Origin: Geosiphon pyriformis uo1
Taxonomy: Eukaryota > Fungi > Glomeromycota
Direction: 5' to 3'
Assembly (NCBI GenBank): GCA_016748015.1
Contig: JAAOMT010000571.1
Span: 1,360,524-1,424,523 of the forward strand
DNA length: 64,000 nucleotides
Part shown: piece after piece, positions 37,279-48,807 of the stretch
Layout: each line of letters opens with the position of its first letter
Numbering within the stretch: position 1 is the first letter of the stretch
Notes under the pieces: model-generated
The model's database searches: none
The model's input: only the letters and a program-made list of their open reading frames with translations
Told to the model about the DNA's origin: nothing
Made by a program: the position numbers and the translations under genes

Positions 37279-40200
37279 NNNNNNNNNNNNNNNNNNNNAA
37301 CAGTGACATTATCACACAAATAAGAATTGAGGAACTCACGAAAGACTGATTGCAATTAAAATGGGATATCAGCAATTAAATATAACAAGAAAACTATCCC
37401 ATAACACCGACATGTCCACATTAAACTTATATACATCCAGTGATGCCTAACTATCTGTGAACAATTCAACTGTGCTAGAAACAGGCACACATTCCAGTAC
37501 CAAAGCAATGCCTTGCAGCTCTACCAGTGTTGAGAATAATAATCCAAAAACTTTTATACTGATGCTAGCATCGGCTTTTAGAAAATAAGCAGCAGTGCTG
37601 CCATAGGCACCAATAGACCCCAAACTTTTGACAGACCCATCAGTGTAAACTTCAACAGAGTTACACTTGGATGCCAACAAATGCTCAGACATAGAATAAA
37701 TGTCACAAGAAGATTTGGTGAGAGCAGAACAAGACTTTGTAGACATGTTATCACCCAAACCACCACTTTTAACAAAATTAGTAACAGAAACAAACCAGAT
37801 TGGAATTGGACCTCTTGGGTCAAGTTTTTTCTATCTATGAAAAGTGTTCTAAGTGAAGCACATACCATAATAATCCAAAAGTTAATTAGCAAAAATGAGG
37901 CTGTATCTCCTGAGAGAAGTTCTTACATCCAGATAACCATCCAGGCCCAGTACATCCAAGATTGACACACTAGTTCCAGTCTGAAAAACATTAGAAAAAG
38001 CACTACTTAAGGAGGTTTTGCACAAAGTGAGAACATGTGTAGCACTAGCCAAAAAACAATTCAAAAAATTAACAGGTAACATGACCAGAAAGCAAAGAAA
38101 GTGCTGGGGCATTTAGCTAGCAGCCTGTAGATCTATTGCTCTGTGTTTGAAAAATCTGCTGAGAGTCTTATCAATATTATTAAAATTGATCAGGTTGGCC
38201 AGCAAGTTTTTAAAAAGCACTTGTTCAAAAAGCTTCAGGCCATACAGCTCAGGATAATGCAGTGCCACACTAGAAAAGTTTTTGGGCAAATTTGCCTTGA
38301 ACTTAAGCTCTTTTCTTAATGATTTGTTCCATTTCTCACAAACACTCTTAGAAGCAAAGCTAAATTGAAGTCTGTAACAAATAATAGGCTGCAAAACAGC
38401 AAAAACCAAATACAAAAATTGTTTTTTAGTGATGGCTTTTTTCAAAACTACATTCAAAAAGAATTTGACATCAATATGAGCTTTGGCTAAACTTGGCTTG
38501 GAAAGGCTCTTAGTTGACAAAAAAATTCCCAAATAATGATGAGACTCTCCCTTTTTAGCCATTGAAATTCTTGAACCACTAATAAATAGTTTAGTCTTTC
38601 TAGCATCTTGATTAATGGGGATAGTGACAGTCTTCTCAGTATTAATTAAAATATCATTGACAGAAAAAAACTTACTGGCTATATTCAAGATATTTTGTGT
38701 TACCACCAAGTAATTTCCAACCCAGATTGTGTCATCCACAAAAGTGTTCATAACAAAAAACAAGATTCTGTTATTACCTGGGTCAGATTTGCTGAACTTA
38801 GTGTAGAATTTTAAACACATTCAATAGTCATACAATTGTTCATGTTTTTTGACTTCACAAAGCAATAAGTCATAGAAAATATGCCACAGCAATAATGAAA
38901 ATATCTCCTTTTAATCCAGACTATCATGCACAACATAACCATCAGACAAACCAAATTCTATCATAACCTGATTAAATCTACCATTGTGTATGCTGCCAAA
39001 GAAGCTTATGAAGTAGAAATACATTTTGATTCTAATCAAACTATTGAGTAAATAAGGCCACCCAACAGAATCATAGACCTTGTGCATGTCTTGAAAAACC
39101 AATCACAACTTCCTGTTTTTCTCCAGAGCGTCTTTGACAATTGAGCCAACAACAAAAATAGAAAATTGTGTAGAAGTGCCTTTTAACACCAAAAAATTGT
39201 CACCATGTAAAATGTCAAACCTGTTGTAAGCCAGAAAGATTCTATCTGAAAAAATTTTAGATAAGATCTTTCATGCAGTCTCAATCAGTGCTATTGGTCT
39301 AGTATTGGTAAGAATGCCCTTCCAATTATAAAGTTTAAGAATCATGAAAACCCAGGACTTTTTTTATTGTATAGGAACTCTTCCAGATTTTAAACATCCA
39401 TTGAAAATACCCAAAAGACTATTGAGAACCAAAGAATCACTGTGCTTCCATAATTTGTTGGAGATACCAAAAAGCCCAGCAGCCTTGCCATCTGGCAAGT
39501 TTCTGATGACCTGCTGAAGTTCATCCATGCTAACATTGCACATAACCCCTGAAAATGTATTATCATCTACGTAACCTAAGGGAGCATATTAATCAGACCA
39601 ATGATTCAGCAAAGCACCAGAGACCAAATGTTTCCTTGTCTACTCTTCTATTATAATATCAATTGAAGACTTGACAGCCTGAAGCTCTAAGATAAGCTCA
39701 TTGTTAACAATCAAATAATTGAAAACCACCTTTCTAAAAGACCAATTTAAAATACTACTTATTATTTACCTTTTATTCGAGCTAAAATTCTTCATGTATT
39801 TCAACATGGCTCTTTTGATAGAATTATCTCTGGCAACTCTAGATTTGTAATATTTAGATCTGTGGTAATCTCTCTTAACAACTAAAATATGACATAAAAT
39901 GTTCTTAACCTTATTACTCTTATCAATCATAATATGAATCTTGGATGCCTCCTTCCCATCTATGTCTGCCCAAGTATCAATTAAGCAGTCAATCTCCAAA
40001 CTCAGATCTAAATTTAAACTAATAATAATTTTGGACATCAACAACTCCAACCTGTAAAACCTAAAAGACAACTTGTTCCTTACACCTTCAAACTCACTGA
40101 ACCAGAGTCTGGAGAATGTTTCATTAGCAGAATCAATTATCACCCTTTTAAAAATATTTCACATGTTGTCCAAATTTCTACCATGTTTTGCGGCTTGAAA

Positions 40201-41041
40201 ACCAATTGACTTCTTCAAAAATTTGTCTAAAGAACACTTCATAAAACGTTTCCACCCATTAACATTTACACCCTTTAGCTTGAATTTCCGGTGATCTTTA
40301 CTTGCCTGTTTGCACAAACCCCCCAAATGAACATTTAAAAGCCCATCCAAGTCCACTAAAACTAAGACAGCTTTATGATCAGTATCAAAAAATTTAGACA
40401 CAGAGTTGACTTTGTGACTGGCCATTGCTGAGATTAGGTTCTCACTAATCAAGATGTAATCAATAACTTTTACAACACCCTTCAAATTGCTCCATATAGA
40501 AGCTCTAGCTAAAGGATGTCCACCAAAAAATTGACTAAGCCTAGACCCAAAAAAAATCTATAACTCACACTTTTCTTAGATCTGCCCTTATTAAAATCAC
40601 CACCCAAAACAACAAAACTGCTGGAGTTGACCACTCGAGTTATGAAAAAATTAATACCAGATGTCTGTTCAAACTGGTTACCAGAAGAGGCACAAGTGTA
40701 CAAACCAATAATTGAGACTGAAATCTTGCCCTTGAAAAGAAGATGCACTGAAATAACATGATCAGAAATCTCTTTTATCTTGAAAACATGTCGAGCCAAA
40801 GAATTGTTCATAATTATTGCCACCCCAGTCCCAAGAAACCCACTATTCAGGCCAGATGTAAAAATGCGCACTCCATCAAATCTGTTCATAATTCATGGCC
40901 TAACATTAGATCTTAATTTTGTTTCCATAACAATAGATACCATATTTCCAGACTTTTTGTGCCAATAAACAATGTCTTTCTGCTTAACAGAAACATTGAG
41001 ACCTTGAACATTACACATAGCAAACTTCCATACTAGCTCCG

Positions 41042-42486
41042 TCATTGAAAAGAGAGAGCAGCAGGAACCAAATTGGCATTGTCCATTTTGGCTGATAGGC
41101 CCATAACTATGATTGCAAAATTTTTTAAAGTGTTCTCCATTTTTTCAATAACAGAAGAATCAAAAATCACCACCCCTACAACAATCTCACTACCAGTGGC
41201 CACACTTAAACTCTCACTTATCATTATATTCATCCCTTGATTCTGTAATGAAGGGGTCACCAATGGCTGACATCCAGGGCTAAGCTGGGAAACCATTGGC
41301 TCAGGTGCTTCCAACCTCTTAGCCAGCATATCAACATGTTCTGCAAGGCTGGCAAAACTACACTCAAGAGCGGCAAACCTATCATTGATTTCCATCACAA
41401 CCAGTAGGAATGACTTCATCTCCAAAAAAAAGCCAATATTCACTGAAACAATCTGGCTAGAAAGAGGAGAAAAAAAAGATCTACCAGCTATCTTAGCCCA
41501 AAAAAGACCACCAAAAGAAACAGAACGAGCAACCAAAGCAGATTATTTGGCATAAATTGCAGCCAGTCTGCTTTTATCTGCATCTGAAAGCACTCTATGC
41601 AATGAGCTACCAGAAAAAATCTTCCTACCCTTAGTACAGCTTAATAATATATAACCCAGCTTCTCATACTTGGTGTATTTGGCAGACATAAAACTAAACC
41701 AATGCAAATTAGTGTCTTTGAGCACTGGTATGGTTCCCATAATAGCATCCAATGATTCAACAGAATTGAAACAAACAACAGTACACCTAACCCAGGCATA
41801 TGTAACTGGATGATGATTGATGACACATGTTTTCCCACCCACAAATCTAACAAAGTTTCAGATATTATGAGCATTAGTCCCTATTGGCAGTATGTAGAGC
41901 AGCATCCTATGATGATCCTTTGCATCCCATGATTCTTTGTCTGAATCAGCTCTAACAACATACACAGCATTCTTTTCAATTAAGATGGACTATTTAGCTG
42001 CGACCAAATTAGCATAATCTGACTGCTCAAATTCTACCATTGCTTTCTGCCACAGTCTCACCAATTGCATCTTGATTGACTTAATTATTCCAAACTCAAA
42101 TAGTGTAGTACACACAGCTTCAGCCAATGTTTCAACTGGAATTTTCTTAACCACCACAGCTTGATCTGAATGACCAGGTGATTTTTTGAGATCAGTGTTT
42201 ACTAAAATATTCACTGCTCTTGCCTTTTCTGTAGCCTGCACCAAACTAGATTTGGAAGTAAAAGAAGCATGAATAATCTCTAAGAACTTTGAGGAAGTAG
42301 AGGCCTTCTCAAAACCATTGACTTTTGAAAATAGTTTTTTGACCACCACTTGCTTTTTCTAAGAAGATTTCCCAGCCACCTTATCCAGCTCAATATCTAT
42401 AGCAAAAGATTTCCAGATAGAAATATTGACCAAATTCTTCAAGAGAAGAGGAAAAACCACAGAAGTATTTAAAAGAATGTTATCAT
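41042..42486 (-). pseudogene. LINE ORF1 (RRM-like repeats, decayed CCHC knuckle, C-terminal coiled-coil-like region), N-terminus missing
   Basis: VVVKKIPV...KAMVEFE and GGKTCVI...CTVVCF RRM-like segments; AKYTKYEKLGYILLSC; directly upstream of ORF2. Confidence 0.8.
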
Positions 42487-43353
42487 TGTTACAGATGATT
42501 ATTTGGAGTCTCAAAGCAAATAACAAACCCGTAACTTGGTGCTCAATTGATATAATAATGTTAATTACTGAAGGTGGTTTGTATCTGAAGGTTTTGGCTA
42601 AGTTTTTTGTATAATGAACAGAGATTAAATAGTTGTTTTCAGTAGCCTTCTGGAATCGCAATTTCATCAATTTTTTTCTCAACTTGGTGGCCAGCAATTC
42701 TCTAGTAAGTAATCCATAATTCTTGTACATGTTCTACCAACTCACAGGGGTCTTTTACCAGGCAATCCTTGATGTCAATAATTCAGCACTTAATTCTTAA
42801 TCAATTTAATAAACAAAACAAAAAGAAATAAAAAAATAAAAGAAAATAAAGAAAATAAAAAAATAAGCAAGATGATTTTTCAAGTTAATATCTCATTAAT
42901 AGTCATGATCAAGAGCTATTGTTTCAGTGTGGTTAAGTATGAATTAATATAAACATGAAGTGTTAATAGTGGAAAGTGAATTGAAATAGTGAAATAATTA
43001 TTTATTGATATTTGTGATGTGAAAGGTTGCTTAGATCAAATCTAAACTAAGAGGTTTCTAACCAAAAGATTCTACTTTTTTTCTTTCTAATACTACTGCT
43101 ATATATACATAATTGAGATTCCTTGATTTCTCAATTCTTCACACCAGAAATCCTGGAATTCCTGGAATTTTGTAATTCCTTTTGAGAGGAATTTTGGAAT
43201 TCTGGAATTCTGTGATTCCTTATATGAGAATTCTGAAATTTCTGGAATCCTGTAATTTCTCTTAAGAAAAATCCTGGAATTCCACATTTACTATGACTAC
43301 TTCTGATTGGTTACTTTATATGCTAATATACTTCTTATATTTTATAAGTAACA
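42487..43353 (-). repeat. 3' LTR of E
   Basis: TGTTAC...GTAACA; GGAATTCC-type U3 repeats; homologous to LTRs of B and G. Confidence 0.92.
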
Positions 43354-43366
43354 TTATTCTCTTCTT

Positions 43367-44018
43367 TTAATATTGAGTACTATCAAGATCTCCTAAATTT
43401 CCTAACTCTAAATCTCCTAACTTTAAATCTCCTAACTCTAATTCTCCATCTTTGAGTATTTCTTAAACTTCTTTTTCGAGGATTACTTGTATTATCTTGT
43501 TTTGTAATTTTTCAAATTGGGCATTGATTATTTTTTCCATTTGGTTAACTGTAATGGAATTCATTTCTGGATTAAGTAAGATTTCTAGTCTATCTTGAAA
43601 TCCAGTATATAGCTTATATATGGCTTTTGCTTGTGTAGTCAAATTGTTCTAGTTGTTGCAGTATTGTTGTGTCAAATAATCATTTTGTTTTATCTGTGTA
43701 TAAGTTCTAAATGTTTACATGTTGTTCCAAGTGAAAATAACAAAAGTTTTTTGAAAATTCGAATATCCATCATTTCCAAGTTTCTTTGGTTAACTCTCAA
43801 TATGTGGTAATATTTATTGGTTCTTCTATTGCCAATTTTATTTTTAGAACCATTTTGTCAATAGTGTTTTCTGTTTTTCTTTGAATTTTGTATTTAGGTA
43901 TCTTTCTGATATCTTACTATCAAATAGTTTGTTGGTTAATAGTAATTTTCATATTCTGTTGTTGAATTAGTTGGAAAAGTTGTTGTGTTAGTGAGTGAAT
44001 ATTGTCAGTGATTTCCAT
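43367..44018 (-). pseudogene. ORF3 of E (frameshifted)
   Basis: MEITDNIHSLTQQLF...QLEKIINAQFEKLQ...STQY*; homologous to ORF3 of G. Confidence 0.82.
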
Positions 44019-44078
44019 TTTATTGAAATTTTTTGTTGCATCTACTATGTCTTTATATATTCTTTTTATTGTTCCATT

Positions 44079-45455
44079 TTATGTGTTTGGTTCAATAATT
44101 ATGATTGGTTCCAGATCTCGTGGAATTTCATCTGGTTGGACTAGTATTCTCTGTACTCTTAATTGTAAAATATTACTGGTGGATGATGATACTATCTGGT
44201 AATATTGTTTCAATCAATTACTATGTACTGCTTTGGTTAAAATTTTGTTGTTCAACTTTAATTTATAAGCTTCATTTCCAAGAATTTCTTCTATGTGAAA
44301 TAGTCCGTCCTATTTGAGGTCAAATTTTCTACTCCATTGTTTTTTTGCTTTGGTACAATATAAAAGTACTTTGTTTCCAATCTTGAATTTAACTGGTTTA
44401 TTTGGTAATTGGTTATTGTGTCTTTTTTTTTGTTTTTTTTGTGACTTTTGGATGTTATCAGCTGCTTTTCATCATTTGTTTTCTAGTGTCTCTATTAAGT
44501 CATATGTTCTTCTTAACAATGTTCTTTAAAAATTTTCTTTTGTTATTGGTTCTGTTGGATATATTTTGACTTCTATCTTAACTGGTAATATTGCTGTTTT
44601 ATCATATACTAGCTCAAATAGTGTTGCTTGTATAGTGTCTTGCTTTATTGTCTAATAAACAAATAATACTGATAGTATGAACAAATCTCATTCGTCTTGA
44701 TTTTCTTGGCTAATTTTGACAATTGCTTCACACAATGTTCTATTGAATCTTTTGATTAATTTATTTGTTTGCAGATGGTATAGTAATAATAATGGTCTTT
44801 TGATTCCAAATCTTTGGCTTAATTCTGCTAATGTTCTATTTACAAAGTAAGTTCCTTGATCAGATAATAATTCTTTTAGACATCCATGTTGACAAATCAA
44901 GTCTTGATAAACAAATTCGGCAACAGATTTTGCATCTGCTCTTTGAATGGCTTTTGCTTCCAGCCATTTTGTGAGATAATTCATGGCTACTGCAATATAT
45001 CTGTTGCCTCTGCTGGTGATTGTTAATGGTCCAACTAAGTCAATTCTAATGTAATCAAATAGTTGTTCTATTTTAATTGGTTTCAATGGTTCATTGGATT
45101 TTGTTCCTTCTCTTTTCTGACAAGCATCACAATGTTGAACATATTAGATGATGTCTGGATACATTGATGGCCAATAATATTTTTTTCTGATCCTTTCTAT
45201 GATTGCTTCTTTGTAAAAATGTCCTGTTGTTGGATCTGAGTACATGTTGAACAGTATTGTCTCTTTTTCTGGCTCTATAATTACTCTGGTTGGTTGATTT
45301 AGATCTTTTCTGTTTTTCTGGTAAAGTATATTTTGATGATTAATAAAATATTTTAATTGTTGTTTTATGTTGTTTTGTTCTTTTTGAGATAATTTCTCCT
45401 TGAACAATTGGGTATTTATATAATATTGGAGTTGTTGGTATTTTTGTATATTTAT
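44079..45455 (-). pseudogene. int: Separately encoded integrase of E
   Basis: ORFs 45144-45407 and 44688-45086 (IDLVGPL, LLSDQGT). Confidence 0.9.
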
Positions 45456-45492
45456 CTTTGTTATATTTTTGGTTGGAATGTTTTTTTTTTTT

Positions 45493-47882
45493 TTAGATTT
45501 GTCTTATTCACAACAAACTGTTAGCATTTCCATTGTCTTTTCTCTTTTTATAATGTACTGTATAATTGAATGATAAAAGTTCTATTTTCTATCTAGCATG
45601 GTGATTGTCTCCAAATTCTTGCTTTTGGATTGAAGTTAATCCTTTGTGATCAGTGTACACATCAAACTTTTGATTCAAGTATTCTTTCCACTTGATGACA
45701 GTCCAATAAATAGCTAAGTGTTTCAGTGCTGGAGTTCCATAGTTCTTTTTAGCTGGACTTAAGCTTCTACTTGTATAAGCTACTAAATGTTCTCGTCCAT
45801 CCGGTCCTTTCTGGAATAATACTGCTCCTAATGCTTGACCAGATGCATTAGTTGTGATTATGAATGGCTTGCTATAATCTGAATAGATTAGTATTGGAGC
45901 TTGAATAAGCTTTCTTCTTAATGTATCAAAAGCTTTTTGCTGAATTTCTGTCCATTTATATTTGGTGTTCTTTGTTTGGAGTTAGTGTAGTGGTTAAGCT
46001 ATTTTAGAAAAGTTCTTGATAAAGCAGCAGTAGTATCCAGCAAATTCCAAGAATGCTCTCAATTCTGTAAGATTATTTAGTACTAAAAAGTTTTTAACAA
46101 TCTCAATCTTGTCTGGATCCATTTTAATTCTGTCTTTGCTTACAACATGTTCCAAAATCTTGAGTTCAGTTTTTCCAAAGAAACATTTAGTTGTATTTAG
46201 CTTTAATTTGGCTCTTCTTAGTCTTTCAAATACTTGTTAGAGATGATGCAAATAATCATTGAATGTTTTTGAGAACACATTGGTGTCATCCAAATATACA
46301 ACTACTGATTTCCATAGTAGCCTAGTATAAACAATTTCCATAAGTCACTGGAAAGTGGCTGGAGCATTCATCAAGCCAAATGGCATTACTTCAAATTCAA
46401 AGTTTTTTTTTCGAGTTGTAAAAGCCATTTTCTCTTTGTCTTCTGGTTTCATGGCTACTTGCCAGTAATTGCTGTCTAAGTTCAAAGTTGAGAACCATTT
46501 CTTTTCTCCAAAAGCATCAAAAAGTTCTTAGATCTTTGGAGTTGAATAGCTGTCTCTTTTTGTTACTCTATTCAGTTTCTAGTAATCTACACAAAAGTGA
46601 ATTTTTCTATTTTTTTTATGGACTAGTATTACTGGTGATGACTATGAATTCATTGATGGTTGAATTAGTCTATTCTCAAGTATCTGATTGATTTCTTGAC
46701 AAATAATTTCATGACTAGCTGGTAGTACTCTATATGCTCTCTGTTTAATTGGCATTGCATCTTTAGTCTTGATTTAATGTTGGATAATGTCAGTTTTGCC
46801 AAATTCATTTTCACTGGCAAAGATGTCACTGAAGTTGTTGAGTAATATCTTGAGTTACATCTGTTGAAGTGAATCTAAATTTCCCATGTTTATTTGTTCT
46901 AATTGTTCCAGTTGGAGCAAATAACATTTACTTTGTTCATAAATTGTTTGTGATGTGATGTTGACATATTCATAAAGTTGTGGAAAGTCTGGAATGGAGT
47001 TTGGTGGTTGGTCTTCTACTTTTGTGCTTAGATATCTGATGATGGCTCCTTCTGGTATTTCTACAATATTTCCTGTGTTGTTATAGATGGGAATTTTGAT
47101 GTGATTATGGTTCTTAACTGGTATGTGGAGATTGATGAGTCCAATCTTTTCTGATTCACAAATGGTTGGTTCAGCTTCAAAAATCTGCACTTGATCTTTC
47201 ACTTTCTTATCTATAGTATACATGTATTGGTCATATGGTAAAATGGAGATTGATTGATGGATTGAGATAATTTTTCTTTTGTCAACAATTTTTTCCTCTA
47301 CCATATTAACTGGTACATCTATTATATTTGTTGATTCAAATCTCTGTATTCCTCTTACTGTTATCCCTAGTTCTTCTTTATTTCCCACTAATACTAACTG
47401 AACTATTTTTACCAGAGGTGGAAATATTGTTTGTGCTATCTTTTCATTTGACTCTATGATATAGGTCTTTTTCGAATCACTTTGTAGCATTGCAATAATA
47501 TTTTCTATATATCCTGTGTTAATTATTTCTCTTTTAATGTTGATTCTCTTTTTTGTTAAGCTACTTCTAAATGCTAATTAAACCATTGTTGTTGCTGGGA
47601 TTTCCAGTGCTATTTTGAGATTAATGCAAGTGCCCAAATAGGGTTCTAATTTGATGGTGTCTTTTTTTGGATATCTCAGATCAAACCCTGCATCAGTATT
47701 ATGCACACATTCTGGCATAATATCTTTATTATTATTACTGAACCATCTGAATTCCTGCTCCTTGAAAAGATCAGAAAGCATAATATATGTTTTGGGATTT
47801 GCATTGGAGTCTGAATTGTTACTAATTTTGTTGCCATATTGAGTAGAGCTGAAACTGTTGTTTTCATCATTATTGTTGTCAG
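45493..47882 (-). pseudogene. pol: dUTPase-RT-RNase H part of Pol of E
   Basis: DAGFDLRYP in 47578-47892 ORF; YLDD at ~46286-46297; ends ...RQI* at 45493. Confidence 0.9.
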
Positions 47883-48745
47883 TGTTACTCATAGAATATA
47901 GAAAATATAGTATTATTAGTCAGTAGATATTAGCCAATCAGAGGTAGACGTAGTAAATATGGAATTTCAGAATTTCTCTCAGAGAAATTGCAGGATTCCT
48001 TGACGAGGAATTGCTGGATTTCAGAATTCCAGGATTTCTTTCATCAGGAATTGCAGGATTCCAGAAATCCCAAGATTCCTGTTGCAAAGAATTGAAAAAT
48101 TGAGGAATCTCAATTATGTATATATAGCAGTAGGATTAGAAGCTGAAAAGACAGACCTCTCAGTTTAGATTTAATCTAAGCAACATTCCAGTTCCCAATC
48201 ATCAAATAAATAATTATTCCATATCTCAACCCACTCTCTACTATCAACACTTCATGTTGACAGTAATTGATACTTAACCATGCTGGAACAATAGCTCTTG
48301 ATCACGGCTATTGATGAGATACTAACGTACCAAATTGCCTTGGCTTATTTTCTCTATTTTCTTTATTTTTATTTTCTTTATTTTATTTTCTTTCTTTCTT
48401 TGATTTTGTTGTTGTATACTAATTGATTAAAAAAATTAAGCGCTGAGTTATTGAGGTCAAGGATAGCCTGGTAAAAGACCCAGAAATAAGGGTAGGATTT
48501 TATATATTATCAGATAGCTTACCAGAAAGGCACAACTGCCAGACTAAATCTGGCCACCACACTGAGAAAAAAATTGGGAAAACTCATCTACTATTGACCC
48601 TATTGAATCTCTGTCCATTATACAAAGAACTCCATCAAAACCTTCAAATACAACACTTACAGAACCTTATCCATGGAAGTAGCTTTTGAGCACCAAGTTA
48701 TGGGTTTGTTATTTAATTCAACAGCAGAAATAATCATCTGTAACA
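47883..48745 (+). repeat. 5' LTR of G
   Basis: TGTTAC...GTAACA; direct repeat of 57126-57974. Confidence 0.95.
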
Positions 48746-48807
48746 TTTGGTGTTTCCTATAAGGTATATTTCTACAGAGAACCAGCACTGACAACACCAA
48801 ACCAAAA

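Larger units (their letters stand above)
27905..37406 (+). mobile_element. Ty3/Gypsy copy D (divergent subfamily, least decayed), TSD CCGA; 3' part scrambled by four scaffold gaps
   Basis: CCGA at 27901-27904 and 37407-37410; 5' LTR 27905-28781; 3' LTR pieces 36120-36417 and 37299-37406. Confidence 0.95.
26857..41045 (-). pseudogene. LINE ORF2: AP endonuclease, RT, RNase H, C-terminal zinc motif (pieces 37407-41045 and 26857-27904)
   Basis: CNVQG, ETK, GGDFN, IDYIL, TDHKAV (APE); QDMHKVYDSV, FVDD, YLG (RT); VYTDGS, LVELQG, FTDS, KVKGH..GN (RNase H); CIRC...DHLF. Confidence 0.92.
26723..42486 (-). mobile_element. LINE (non-LTR retrotransposon, ORF1 plus APE-RT-RNase H ORF2), split by D and 5'-truncated by E
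   Basis: AATAAA merging into a poly(A) tail at 26723-26735 on minus; collinear ORF2 domains; removal of D restores VDMS/GPNFCHK. Confidence 0.92.
42487..47882 (-). mobile_element. Ty3/Gypsy copy E, 3' half (dUTPase, RT, RH, IN, ORF3, 3' LTR)
   Basis: LTR 42487-43353; PPT 43354-43366; IN 44079-45455; Pol part 45493-47882; cut by G. Confidence 0.93.

Noticed and set aside
35387-37406. Novel gene order in D (ORF3, LTR, integrase, LTR)
   Set aside because: Every breakpoint is an N gap; B, E and G show IN-ORF3-LTR, so the contigs are mis-ordered.
47960-48110. CRISPR-like array in the GGAATT/GGATTCC repeats (also 10495-10640)
   Set aside because: Irregular degenerate short repeats inside LTR U3, no constant-length unique spacers, no cas genes, eukaryotic context.
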